A stretch of 64,000 nucleotides of DNA from the NCBI GenBank assembly GCA_963743615.1, contig CAVUQF010000002.1:129697-193696 (forward strand), written 5' to 3'. Shown here piece by piece: positions 10,123-19,163 of this stretch. Under the pieces are notes generated by a model. The model worked only from the letters and a program-made list of their open reading frames with translations. It searched no databases and was not told where the DNA came from. The DNA is from an uncultured Nanoarchaeota archaeon (GTDB lineage Archaea; Nanobdellota; Nanobdellia; Pacearchaeales; GW2011-AR1). The position numbers and the translations under genes were made by a program. The first letter of the stretch is position 1, and every line of letters starts with the position of its first letter.

Positions 10123-10416
10123 ATGGATAAAAGTACACCAAGATTAGATGATCCTCTGGGTCTCTGTAGATATCTAATAATGATAGAAAGGCCTTATGAT
10201 GTGATAGATCTGAAGGGATCTCAGCTCTACAGTTTAGATAAGGAAGCCGGGGGATTTGTCTCCGTGTATAAAATTGTTGAAGGGCGAGCCCCTGCGGAGG
10301 GGAGAGTGGGTCATATTACTAGTCAATGGGGATTTCAATTAGACCCCAAGTCTGATAAAACTATTCCTGAGCTTATGCAGGAAATTAGAAAGGGGCTTAT
10401 CCATCTTATTTCTTAG
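10123..10416 (+). CDS. Hypothetical protein in a locally GC-richer stretch
   Basis: A 97-aa ORF with a locally higher GC and hairpins. It could alternatively be structured RNA, but no family was recognised. Confidence 0.3.
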   Translation: MDKSTPRLDDPLGLCRYLIMIERPYDVIDLKGSQLYSLDKEAGGFVSVYKIVEGRAPAEGRVGHITSQWGFQLDPKSDKTIPELMQEIRKGLIHLIS

Positions 10417-10429
10417 TTATGTAAAAAAG

Positions 10430-10501
10430 GGTGGAAAGCGAGAATCGAACTCGCGTTACACGAGCCACAGTCGTGCGTTCTGCCACTGAACTACATCCAC
10501 C
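10430..10501 (-). tRNA. tRNA-His (anticodon GUG) with genomically encoded G-1
   Basis: A manual cloverleaf fits. The acceptor is GUGGAUG/UUUCCAC, the D-arm GUUC/GAAC, the anticodon stem CACGA/UCGUG with loop CUGUGGC, and the T-arm GCGAG-UUCGAUU-CUCGC. An extra 5' G pairs with the discriminator C. Confidence 0.8.
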
Positions 10502-10570
10502 ATGAAAAACTATAGAAAAAATACTATAAAAAGATTCTTATGGATGATACCTTTGGAAACAAGTATATTC

Positions 10571-11032
10571 TTAAACTAACTGAACTGTTGTGTATTTCTC
10601 AGCACCACTGCATGGGCTCTTATTACCTGCAGAATCTGTGTAGTAGACAGCTGCATCTATCTCTGTAGTATTTGCTACACCTGCATTGATATCTGATCCT
10701 GTTATGGATTGTAAAGTTGTTACGCTTCCATTGATATCCCAGACATTACTACCAGATGTTGCATTTATGAAAACTAACCTTACTCCACCAATAGCGTCAG
10801 TTCCAAGAGTTCTCTGAACAGTAACATTACAGTCGGTTCCATCCATGCTGCAAACAGCGGAAGTTACCTGAACAGCCGAATTTAAGCACTGAGCGCCGGA
10901 AGAAATCTGTTTAGTAGAATTGGTTACTATATTATTTACAACAATCCAAACAACTCCTATTAAGACAATAGTTAGAAGAACTAATATCAATGTAGCGATT
11001 ATTGTGGATATACCTCTCTTGTTTTTTTCCAT
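10571..11032 (-). CDS. Archaeal type IV pilin-like protein (class III signal peptide)
   Basis: The N-terminus MEKNKRG|ISTIIATLILVLLTIVLIGVVW matches the prepilin-peptidase (PibD/FlaK-type) signal. The body is T/S-rich with N-x-S/T sequons. Confidence 0.55.
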   Translation of the reverse strand: MEKNKRGISTIIATLILVLLTIVLIGVVWIVVNNIVTNSTKQISSGAQCLNSAVQVTSAVCSMDGTDCNVTVQRTLGTDAIGGVRLVFINATSGSNVWDINGSVTTLQSITGSDINAGVANTTEIDAAVYYTDSAGNKSPCSGAEKYTTVQLV

Positions 11033-11084
11033 TGTTCTCTTTTGAATGTCATATAAAGAAATATTGTATTTATAAATATTTCTA

Positions 11085-12287
11085 TTAATCTTTATTAAAC
11101 TGATTAATTATCTGAAAAAATTCTTTGCTCTCGATAACTTTGTCTACCTCTGTGAGCCCTCTTTGCTCGACGAATTTTGCAAAAGCCTCTGGGCTGTATC
11201 CTCTTTTTCTCAAGGATGCAATTGTTGGAAGTCTTTCATCTTCCTCTCCTGAAAATTCTCCGCTCTGAATGGCAGCTGTTAACTTTCTTTTAGATAATAC
11301 TAAATCTGTAAACTTGATTCTCCCTATAAAAAAGGTCCATGGAAATTTCTTATTGAAAACTTTGTAAATCATTTTCTGTCTTTCAGCATTGTCACGATGA
11401 TCCTTACCTCTTATAATATGAGTCATCTTAAGTTCGATATCATCCGTAGCTACCGCGAGATTCATAAGAGGCCACACTTTGTATTTGTCTTTCTGTAAAG
11501 GATGTTTTGTTTTGTTAATTCTTGCCAATGGAAAATCTCTCATTGCAGGATTTTTGTGTTTCATATCGGACTTGAATCTTAAAACAGCTTCGCCCTCATC
11601 AAATCCATTTTTATCTAGCATTTTCCCCCACCTTTCTAAATTGTCCCGGATATTCAATTTTCTGCAAGGACACTCTTTTTCTTCCTCAATGTATTTTTTG
11701 AAGGTATTAGAACTACAAGTGCAAATATAAGCTGCATCTTTTTTGATTAAGTCTTCCGCATATTTATAATACAACTCCATTCTGTCTGATGCGTTAAGAT
11801 ACTGATAGACATTTCCGAAGACCCAATCGCAATCTTCCTTTATTCTTTTGTACGACTCTGGAACTATTGTCTCGGGATTTGTATCATCAATTATAATATA
11901 GAACTTCCCCCCATATTCTTTGACATATAACGAGGAAATCAGTGTCGAAATTAGATGCCCTACATGGAGAGGTCCAGATGGTGAGGGTCTGAATCTTGTT
12001 ATAATCCCTGTTTTTGGAACGTCCGGAAGTTCCTGAAGCCCCTCTCTTGAAGGTCTTTCACTTGTAAAATCTTTTAATTTTTCAAATTCCTTTTTTTGTT
12101 CTTCTAAAGATAACGAATTAATTTTATCAACTATTTTGGAGATTTCTTTTGCATGTTTCTTTATGTCTTCTTTTTTCAATCCCTCATGAAATAGAGAGGA
12201 GATTACACTCCCTGTTTGCGCCCTTCCCCCATAGGACAAGGCATTTTTTAATGCATAGGCCTTTGCTACTTCCTCAAAGTCTTTCAT
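11085..12287 (-). CDS. gltX: Glutamyl-tRNA synthetase, archaeal/eukaryal type, catalytic domain only
   Basis: The motifs RFRPSPSGPLHVGH (HIGH) and LVLSKRK (KMSKS) are present. A roughly 95-aa N-terminal extension precedes the catalytic domain, and the protein ends at about 400 aa with no anticodon-binding domain. Confidence 0.7.
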   Translation of the reverse strand: MKDFEEVAKAYALKNALSYGGRAQTGSVISSLFHEGLKKEDIKKHAKEISKIVDKINSLSLEEQKKEFEKLKDFTSERPSREGLQELPDVPKTGIITRFRPSPSGPLHVGHLISTLISSLYVKEYGGKFYIIIDDTNPETIVPESYKRIKEDCDWVFGNVYQYLNASDRMELYYKYAEDLIKKDAAYICTCSSNTFKKYIEEEKECPCRKLNIRDNLERWGKMLDKNGFDEGEAVLRFKSDMKHKNPAMRDFPLARINKTKHPLQKDKYKVWPLMNLAVATDDIELKMTHIIRGKDHRDNAERQKMIYKVFNKKFPWTFFIGRIKFTDLVLSKRKLTAAIQSGEFSGEEDERLPTIASLRKRGYSPEAFAKFVEQRGLTEVDKVIESKEFFQIINQFNKD

Positions 12288-12328
12288 AGTAAAAGAAGGT
12301 GACCGAAGATTAATAAATATTTGTTCTC

Positions 12329-14056
12329 TTAATCAATTCCAGTCTGCAATGAATATAATTTCTGATAAATTCCTCTCTTTTTTATTAATTCATCATGCGT
12401 TCCTATCTCAGCAATTTTTCCTTCAGATAACACTACTATTCTGTCTGCTTTTCTTACTGTAGAAAATCTGTGTGCTATTATTATGGTCGTTCTTCCCCTT
12501 ATTAACTCGTTAATTCCTTCTTGAACTTTTTCTTCTGACTCTGCATCAAGTGCAGAAGTGGGTTCATCAAGTATCAAGATCTTTGGATTCTTGAGAAAGG
12601 CCATTGCAATTGCAATTCTCTGCCTTTGTCCCATTGAGAGTTTCAGTCCTTTGTCTCCAATAACAGATTTGTAGCCTTTAGGGAATTTCATTATGAATTC
12701 ATGTGCCAAAGCAGCCTTTGATGCTTCAATTACTTCATCAGGTGTTGAATCTGGTTTTGCATATCTTAGATTATCTAGAAGGCTCTCATTGAATAATTCC
12801 AAACTTTGTGGAACGATTGCGATCTGATCCCTGAGCCAACTTAACTTCAATTTTGAAATATCGACACCATCGAGCATTATTTTTCCCTTCTTGGGTTGAT
12901 AATATCCCATAACCAACTCGGAAAATGTTGTTTTCCCGACACCGCTTCTTCCAACAAGAGCAATGGTCTCTCCGGGTTTAATCTTTAAGTTAATATCTTT
13001 TAGAACTTCTTTTTCATGGGCATATTCAAAAGTCACATCCTTGAAAGTTATTTCCCCCTTAACGTTATCAATTGTTTGGTTACCATGCTTCATTTCTTCA
13101 GGAGCTACCTTGTTCAATTTTACAAGTCTCTTTACAGCAGTGGAAGATTTTTTGATGGTTTTGTATATGCTGGCGATGTATGTGAATGGGGAAAATGCTA
13201 GGTTTGTATATCCAAAAAACATAACAAATTCGCTACTTGAAATGATCCCGCTCTGAAGGAAGAAAATTGCTGTTCCAAGAACAAGAACGAAACTAATACT
13301 ATATATGAGCCCCTGAATTGTAGATAGTTTTGTATCTTTTCTGCTTGTCTTTTCGCTTATTGGAACTAACTTGTCAACTAAGGAGTTTGTAAATTTCTCT
13401 CTCTCAGCCTTTTCCATAGAGAAATTTTTCACTAAAAATATATTGTAAAGTTTGTCATAGACATTACCATATTGCTTTTCGTATTCTTTGTTCTCATTAT
13501 CCTGAATTTTTATGAGGTTTTTTGTCATTCTTATTGTAACAAGAGAATATATTGCAAACGAAAAGAGGACTATTAATGCGAGCTGCCATTCCAGGACAAA
13601 CATTACAATGACAGAAAATAAAAGTACCAAAAATTGAGGTAGAACCCCTGAGAAAAAGTCAATGGCATGTTGTATATTCCAAGCTCCTCTTGAAATTTTG
13701 TTTAATATCTGGCCTTTTCTCTCTTTCTTGTGGAAGGGAACGGGCAAAGTCAAAAAATGGGCGTAGGCATCAGCTTCAACGGCAAGAGACACTTTTATGC
13801 TCAAAATTGATCCTCTAAATGAAGCTCTATTCTGTATAAAAGTTGAGAGAACGTTTAGGGTAAGCCAAAGAAGGATTAGAGTTAGCAAAAGAGTTACCGG
13901 GGTTTTGGGTACGATAGCCAAACCAAAAAGACGTCCATACAGATAAGGAGTAACTGTAACCATCAATGATCCGATAACGGATATTATTGTAATTAGTGTT
14001 ATTTCTTTTTTGTAATTCTTAAGAGTATCAAGTGTAAATTTAGTTGTTGGCTTCAT
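12329..14056 (-). CDS. ABC transporter, fused permease/ATPase (exporter, MsbA-like)
   Basis: Six N-terminal TM helices are followed by Walker A GRSGVGKT, the signature LSMGQRQR and Walker B ILILDEPTSALD. Confidence 0.85.
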   Translation of the reverse strand: MKPTTKFTLDTLKNYKKEITLITIISVIGSLMVTVTPYLYGRLFGLAIVPKTPVTLLLTLILLWLTLNVLSTFIQNRASFRGSILSIKVSLAVEADAYAHFLTLPVPFHKKERKGQILNKISRGAWNIQHAIDFFSGVLPQFLVLLFSVIVMFVLEWQLALIVLFSFAIYSLVTIRMTKNLIKIQDNENKEYEKQYGNVYDKLYNIFLVKNFSMEKAEREKFTNSLVDKLVPISEKTSRKDTKLSTIQGLIYSISFVLVLGTAIFFLQSGIISSSEFVMFFGYTNLAFSPFTYIASIYKTIKKSSTAVKRLVKLNKVAPEEMKHGNQTIDNVKGEITFKDVTFEYAHEKEVLKDINLKIKPGETIALVGRSGVGKTTFSELVMGYYQPKKGKIMLDGVDISKLKLSWLRDQIAIVPQSLELFNESLLDNLRYAKPDSTPDEVIEASKAALAHEFIMKFPKGYKSVIGDKGLKLSMGQRQRIAIAMAFLKNPKILILDEPTSALDAESEEKVQEGINELIRGRTTIIIAHRFSTVRKADRIVVLSEGKIAEIGTHDELIKKRGIYQKLYSLQTGID

Positions 14057-14086
14057 AAATACCTAAACCAGGAAGAATTAATAAAT

Positions 14087-14479
14087 TTATTCAAAGCCGC
14101 CGCTTCTTGTTTTTCTCTCCAGAACTTCAACCCTCTGCTGGAGATGATAAATTTGCGTTGAGATCTCTTCCAGCTTTTCCGTAATGTCCATTAATCTTGT
14201 TGCCAATTTTTTTCTTTTTTCATCTGAATTCTCTTCGCTTTCAGAATAAGAAGGCATCTGTGATTCAGAACTCATTGATGCTGCAGCCATCTGACCGAGA
14301 AATCCAAAACTATTCTGAGTTGAAGAAGTTCTAGGAATTATTTCTTTAGAAATGGGAGTAGCTGTCTTCCCCTGAACTTTGTTTACCAACCCCTGAATAT
14401 TTTCCATCTTCTCCTTTTGCCGGTCATACCTTCCACTGAAATCAACTGTCTTCTTCTTGTTTTTGTCAAACAAACCCAT
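14087..14479 (-). CDS. Coiled-coil protein, hypothetical
   Basis: A 130-aa ORF with C-terminal heptad-rich acidic/basic segments. Confidence 0.4.
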   Translation of the reverse strand: MGLFDKNKKKTVDFSGRYDRQKEKMENIQGLVNKVQGKTATPISKEIIPRTSSTQNSFGFLGQMAAASMSSESQMPSYSESEENSDEKRKKLATRLMDITEKLEEISTQIYHLQQRVEVLERKTRSGGFE

Positions 14480-14549
14480 TACTTCAGAAGGTATATGCTA
14501 TTTTTAAAATTATTGAGAGAGAATATTTTTTAAACACATAAGTATTATT

Positions 14550-16034
14550 TTGTTGATGGCCACGCTTCATCAGGTTATCGGAAAAGTTAATCCCTACCTA
14601 TATGCCAAAAACAGAGATGCTCTTCTCAAAAAATATGTTACTCCAGACAAAATTCCCGCAGATGAGGTAGAACCCAAGCCTCTTACCCAGCACCAATTAG
14701 TCTATGATTCATCTTCAGAAACTTTAGAACCAATTTATTTCTTCCTTCTTGATTTGATGAATGATATGAGGCTGGCACCAGAAAAGATATTTGATAATTT
14801 TACATCTTCTCCCGGAAGTGGGCATTTTGCAGAACTTGGGCAAAGGGCAACGGCAATGCAGCAGCAGGCAACAAAAATGTTGGGGGATATAAATAATGTT
14901 ATGAGAAGTATACTAAATTTAGTTTATGATTTAAAAGAATTCAAGATTAGAATAGAAAGCTATGACAATTTAAAATCACAAAATAAAGACACAAAAGAAG
15001 GTGCATTGCTTTCATTGAAGCAGATATGGATGGATAAAGTGGATATCCTTAAGGGAAATTCAAGTATGAAAGCAATGGCTTTCGGAGGACAAATGGGGTA
15101 TCAGACATTAGTTGATGCATTTTTATTTGTACAAGATGAGAAACAGGCCGATAAAGTTGACCTGAACGATAGAGTAAAGAGGATAGTAAAACAAAGAATT
15201 AACGAATTTAATATCTGGCTTTCTGAATCTGAAAAAGAGCTAAGAAAAAGATATGAAATTGAAAGGAAATATCTTAAGAGTCAGGTTAGTAGTGTGCAAC
15301 TTTATTCTCGTTGGGCAAAGCCATATCTAAAATCAGCGCAGCAGTTGGAAATGAAAGATAATTCAAGATCTGCGGCTCTTGTCAAAGCTTTCAACACAAT
15401 CCTTCTTGAATTAACTCTTCTTGGAAAATCGAAATTGGATATTAAGGGAGCAGTTGAAGAAGGAAAACTTGCGAAAGAGGTCCTTGTGATGGATCAAAAA
15501 AAACAATTGAAAAGGCAATACATTAGTTGTATCATTGTTGAATTTAATTTTAGAGGGATACCTCAGAAAACTTCTCCTTACCAGTCTCATTATGTCTTTG
15601 GAGGTAGAACAGAGGTAACCTTTTCATCTTACACTTTGAATAGTGATGAACTGAAGTTAGTTAATGAGGAATTAACAAAGTCAGATGTTGGGGATGCGAT
15701 GAAACTGATAGAGGATGCGACAACAGGTAGTATTGAAGAATTGCAGAAAGATATTGATGAATTTCTTAAGGAAGAAGACAAAGCCGAGAAAAAGCAGGAA
15801 GAGAAGAAAGATATGTCCAATCCCTTTTTAGCTTTACTTGGATTTTATAATAAGTCTGCTACAAATCCTAGTTCAGGATCAAAATCAAAGAAGGAAGAGT
15901 TGAAAGTTGCAAAACCTGAAGATTATATTGAGAAAAGTTTGCTTAGACCATTGGCTGACGAAAACGCCAAAAAAACCGCCTATGATCTGTTTGATATTTA
16001 CAAGAAGGCGCATGGAATGGCAAGTTATCCTTAA
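14550..16034 (+). CDS. Hypothetical protein (494 aa), first gene of a co-directional cluster
   Basis: A long ORF with no recognisable motif. It is tightly linked to the downstream genes. Confidence 0.5.
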   Translation: MLMATLHQVIGKVNPYLYAKNRDALLKKYVTPDKIPADEVEPKPLTQHQLVYDSSSETLEPIYFFLLDLMNDMRLAPEKIFDNFTSSPGSGHFAELGQRATAMQQQATKMLGDINNVMRSILNLVYDLKEFKIRIESYDNLKSQNKDTKEGALLSLKQIWMDKVDILKGNSSMKAMAFGGQMGYQTLVDAFLFVQDEKQADKVDLNDRVKRIVKQRINEFNIWLSESEKELRKRYEIERKYLKSQVSSVQLYSRWAKPYLKSAQQLEMKDNSRSAALVKAFNTILLELTLLGKSKLDIKGAVEEGKLAKEVLVMDQKKQLKRQYISCIIVEFNFRGIPQKTSPYQSHYVFGGRTEVTFSSYTLNSDELKLVNEELTKSDVGDAMKLIEDATTGSIEELQKDIDEFLKEEDKAEKKQEEKKDMSNPFLALLGFYNKSATNPSSGSKSKKEELKVAKPEDYIEKSLLRPLADENAKKTAYDLFDIYKKAHGMASYP

Positions 16035-16035
16035 C

Positions 16036-16458
16036 ATGAGTAAAGTGAAGAAAAAGAAAAAAGTAGAGATTATCAAAAAGAAATTGAATTTGGAGAATGA
16101 GCTTAAAGAGGTCAAAAGAAACATCACTGAGATAAAACCGAATAAAAAGGATGCTCTCCCTGAATTTATTGATGATGAGTTTGAGGATGACGAAATAGAA
16201 TTTGGAACAGACTTCTCCAGTTTGTTGGATAAGAGTACAAGAACGTCTCCCGGGCTGGAAAATATTCAATTTGGAGATTCCCTTGAAGGAGGAATCATCT
16301 TTGCACCAAGATTTAAAACTACAACTGAATCCGAAGGGAAAGTTTATTTTGGTAACTACGATCCTAAATATGCTGAGAAAAATTATGCTAAGCAGACCCC
16401 CGGAGTTTATGGAGATAAAAAGAGTTCCGATGAAAATTCAAGCAGTAAAAATAAATAG
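16036..16458 (+). CDS. Acidic K/E-rich hypothetical protein
   Basis: The ATG at 16036 lies 2 nt after the upstream stop. The track ORF extends 5' from 15907 in the same frame, overlapping the upstream gene. Confidence 0.4.
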   Translation: MSKVKKKKKVEIIKKKLNLENELKEVKRNITEIKPNKKDALPEFIDDEFEDDEIEFGTDFSSLLDKSTRTSPGLENIQFGDSLEGGIIFAPRFKTTTESEGKVYFGNYDPKYAEKNYAKQTPGVYGDKKSSDENSSSKNK

Positions 16459-16497
16459 ATTAATAAATTAAAATTTGTTCATCAGACAGAGGTAAAA

Positions 16498-18264
16498 ATG
16501 GGTGATTATCATATAGAAGACATTTATCAGGGGGGGTATTCTTCTTTAAATCCCAATTCTGGAATGTATTACAAGGGCGAAAGATCTTATGCTGGAAAAT
16601 TTGGTCTGACTACAGATTTTAGGACGGCAAATATTCTTCAGGAAGTTTCCTCAAAATTGCAATCAGGAGCAAGGCAAATCGAGGTTACCCAGATTCAGCC
16701 GGAAGTTTTTGAATCAATTCCCAATCAGCAATTAAAGGAAGTTGAAAGGTTAAGCAAACTTACAGGGGTTGATGTTTCTCTTCATGGAATTTTAGTTGAG
16801 CCCTCCGGATTCTCAACTCAAGGAGGATATAGTGAATATGCAAGGGAAGAGGCTGAAAGGCAAATGCTCTCAAATGTTATGAGGGGTCATGAACTGAATC
16901 CAAAAGGAAATATTCCTATAACTTTCCATTCTTCGCAGGGATGGCAGAGTCCGGAGTATAGAAAAACAAAGATTGGAGGAAAAGAAGTTGAGCAGGTAGT
17001 TATGATACCTGTTATCAATCAGGAGACAGGGCAGGTTGCAGTAGCTAGACAGGAAAAAAGATATTATCCAGATATGAGTGAGGAGGATTTTGAGAAAGGA
17101 GAAGAAAAAAGCGCACTTGATCAAGTTAGAATTAGAAATTTAACCGAATGGGGTGATTCAATATCAAATCTTGTTGCAATAAAAGAGAGAGCGGACAAAA
17201 TGATAAATGAAACAGAACCTTTGTATGTGGAAATAGAGAAAGAATTGCATTCAGGTACAAACTTTGAGAATTTGAATCCTATGAAGCAGAATGTTTATCA
17301 TAGGTACAAGAATGCAGGTATTGAACTGGGTGAGATCCATAAGCACCTGAATAATATCTTTGAGAGGGGATATAAGTACGGAGATAAGGCGCAGATGGTT
17401 CAGGTTTCTGACAATTTTAAAAAGTCTCTTAAGGAAAATGAAGGAATGGGTCTTTCAGGATCATCAAGAGCAATGGATACTTTGATGGATGATTTAAATA
17501 AAGTTAAGGTACCAGAGTTATACAAACCTCTTGAAGATTTTGCTATTGAAAAAACAGCAACTACTTTTGCGAATGTTGCGTTAAACTCTTATAAAAAGTT
17601 CAAAGATACGGCTCCAATAATTAGTATTGAAAATCCCCCCGTTGGAATGGGCTTATCAAGGGGAGAAGATTTGAGAAAACTTGTTGATTTAGCTAGAACC
17701 AAATTTGTTGAGAATGCAAAAAATTCTGGGATAAACGAGAGAGAGGCAACAGATCAGGCGAATAAATTAATTGGAGTAACTTGGGATGTAGGGCATATAA
17801 ATATGCTGAGAAAATATGGTTATAATGAGCAAGATATTGTCAAAGAATCTGAAAAAATTGCACCTTTACTTAAGCACATACACTTGTCTGATAACTTTGG
17901 ATTTGAACATACTGAGCTTCCAATGGGAATGGGAAATGTTCCAATAAAACAGATAATGGAGAAATTAGGTGATAAAGGATTTGAAGCAAGAAAAGTTATT
18001 GAAGCAGCAGGCTGGTGGCAGCATTTCAAGTCCGCTCCATTTCAAGAAACTCTAGAAGCATTCGGATCTCCTATTTATGGAATGAAAATGGCTCCTTACT
18101 GGAACCAGTCCATAGGAGTGCAAGGATATTTCGGGGGCTATGGGCCGATGCTTCCAACGGTAAACTATGAAACATTTGGTTCTGGATTTTCATCACTTCC
18201 ATCCGAGCTTGGAGGGCAGAGGCAGACCGGAAGAAGCAGGATGTCCGGAAATAGCTTAGAATAA
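16498..18264 (+). CDS. Large hypothetical protein with xylose-isomerase-like (AP endonuclease 2-type) TIM-barrel signature
   Basis: The motifs GVTWDVGHINML and HIHLSDNFGFEHTELPMGMGNVP resemble the metal-binding motifs of sugar-phosphate isomerase/epimerase TIM barrels. The remainder of the protein is not recognised. Confidence 0.45.
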   Translation: MGDYHIEDIYQGGYSSLNPNSGMYYKGERSYAGKFGLTTDFRTANILQEVSSKLQSGARQIEVTQIQPEVFESIPNQQLKEVERLSKLTGVDVSLHGILVEPSGFSTQGGYSEYAREEAERQMLSNVMRGHELNPKGNIPITFHSSQGWQSPEYRKTKIGGKEVEQVVMIPVINQETGQVAVARQEKRYYPDMSEEDFEKGEEKSALDQVRIRNLTEWGDSISNLVAIKERADKMINETEPLYVEIEKELHSGTNFENLNPMKQNVYHRYKNAGIELGEIHKHLNNIFERGYKYGDKAQMVQVSDNFKKSLKENEGMGLSGSSRAMDTLMDDLNKVKVPELYKPLEDFAIEKTATTFANVALNSYKKFKDTAPIISIENPPVGMGLSRGEDLRKLVDLARTKFVENAKNSGINEREATDQANKLIGVTWDVGHINMLRKYGYNEQDIVKESEKIAPLLKHIHLSDNFGFEHTELPMGMGNVPIKQIMEKLGDKGFEARKVIEAAGWWQHFKSAPFQETLEAFGSPIYGMKMAPYWNQSIGVQGYFGGYGPMLPTVNYETFGSGFSSLPSELGGQRQTGRSRMSGNSLE

Positions 18265-18298
18265 ATAAATATATTAAAGTGAAAAGGTTAAATTAAAT

Positions 18299-19102
18299 AT
18301 GGCTAAGAAAACTAAAAAACACTCAGATCCTAAACAGGAAATAATTACCTCTGCAATAAATTTAGGAGTTGGAGAGGTTATAAGGCTTCACCCTCGATTT
18401 GTCAATTCAGGTTATTACATATTAAGCCACATTAATTCTGACAATTTAAGTAAGATGTTTGATGAGCTCTATACATTTGCTCAAAAAAACGAAGTTCCTA
18501 AAGAGAGAATTGGAGAGTATATTACAAAAGGTCTTGCAAATTACATTGCAAGTGGGAAAGCTCTTGATGATTCTGGAAAGGAGCGCATTTTAAGAAATGG
18601 TTTGGAGGAAAAAGCAACCAGAGGGTTATTTGGTAGAGGAAGTGCAAGGAGAGAATTGGAAGGAGATAGATATTTAGATCAGGTAATTGGTGCATGGAAT
18701 AAGATAAATGAACTTGCAAAAGAGGGAGGAAGTGAACTTCCGGAAGAGATGACCAGACCAATGCAGTATCTAAGCAGACTTGGCTTTGCAATCCCTGCCA
18801 CAGAAATCTTAGAAGAAAATGGTTTGATTGACAAGTCTCAATATTCTCAAATAAAAGAGAACATAAGAAAAGGCGCTTACGAAAGTCATAACGAAGGTCT
18901 TAAAAGATTAGAAGAATATTCAAAATATCAAAAAGTTGCAGCTTTAATACTCGGAGTGATTGGGGTTTCTTTACTTCTTGCATCAGGTCTAAATCTGACT
19001 GGAGGAGTTATTGGAACAGCTGTTGGAAAAAATATTTTATTAAGCTTGATTGGAACCGTTTCATTTTTGGCTTCATTGGTTTTGTTGATTAAAAAGAGAT
19101 AA
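18299..19102 (+). CDS. Membrane protein with soluble N-terminal domain and two C-terminal TM helices
   Basis: The C-terminus reads VAALILGVIGVSLLLASGL ... LLSLIGTVSFLASLVLLI. Confidence 0.45.
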   Translation: MAKKTKKHSDPKQEIITSAINLGVGEVIRLHPRFVNSGYYILSHINSDNLSKMFDELYTFAQKNEVPKERIGEYITKGLANYIASGKALDDSGKERILRNGLEEKATRGLFGRGSARRELEGDRYLDQVIGAWNKINELAKEGGSELPEEMTRPMQYLSRLGFAIPATEILEENGLIDKSQYSQIKENIRKGAYESHNEGLKRLEEYSKYQKVAALILGVIGVSLLLASGLNLTGGVIGTAVGKNILLSLIGTVSFLASLVLLIKKR

Positions 19103-19163
19103 TACAAAATATATTTTCGAAAATATTTAAAAACAAGCTATATTTATCATAGTAATACAAAAG

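Noticed and set aside
10123-10416. Possible structured ncRNA (SRP/RNase P-like) in the GC-richer stretch beside tRNA-His
   Set aside because: Local hairpins exist, but no conserved SRP or RNase P motifs were recognised, and the stretch is an uninterrupted ORF with protein-like composition. It is kept as a low-confidence CDS.
12963-13256. Plus-strand ORFs inside the ABC transporter gene
   Set aside because: They overlap the Walker/signature region of a well-supported minus-strand gene and have no motifs.
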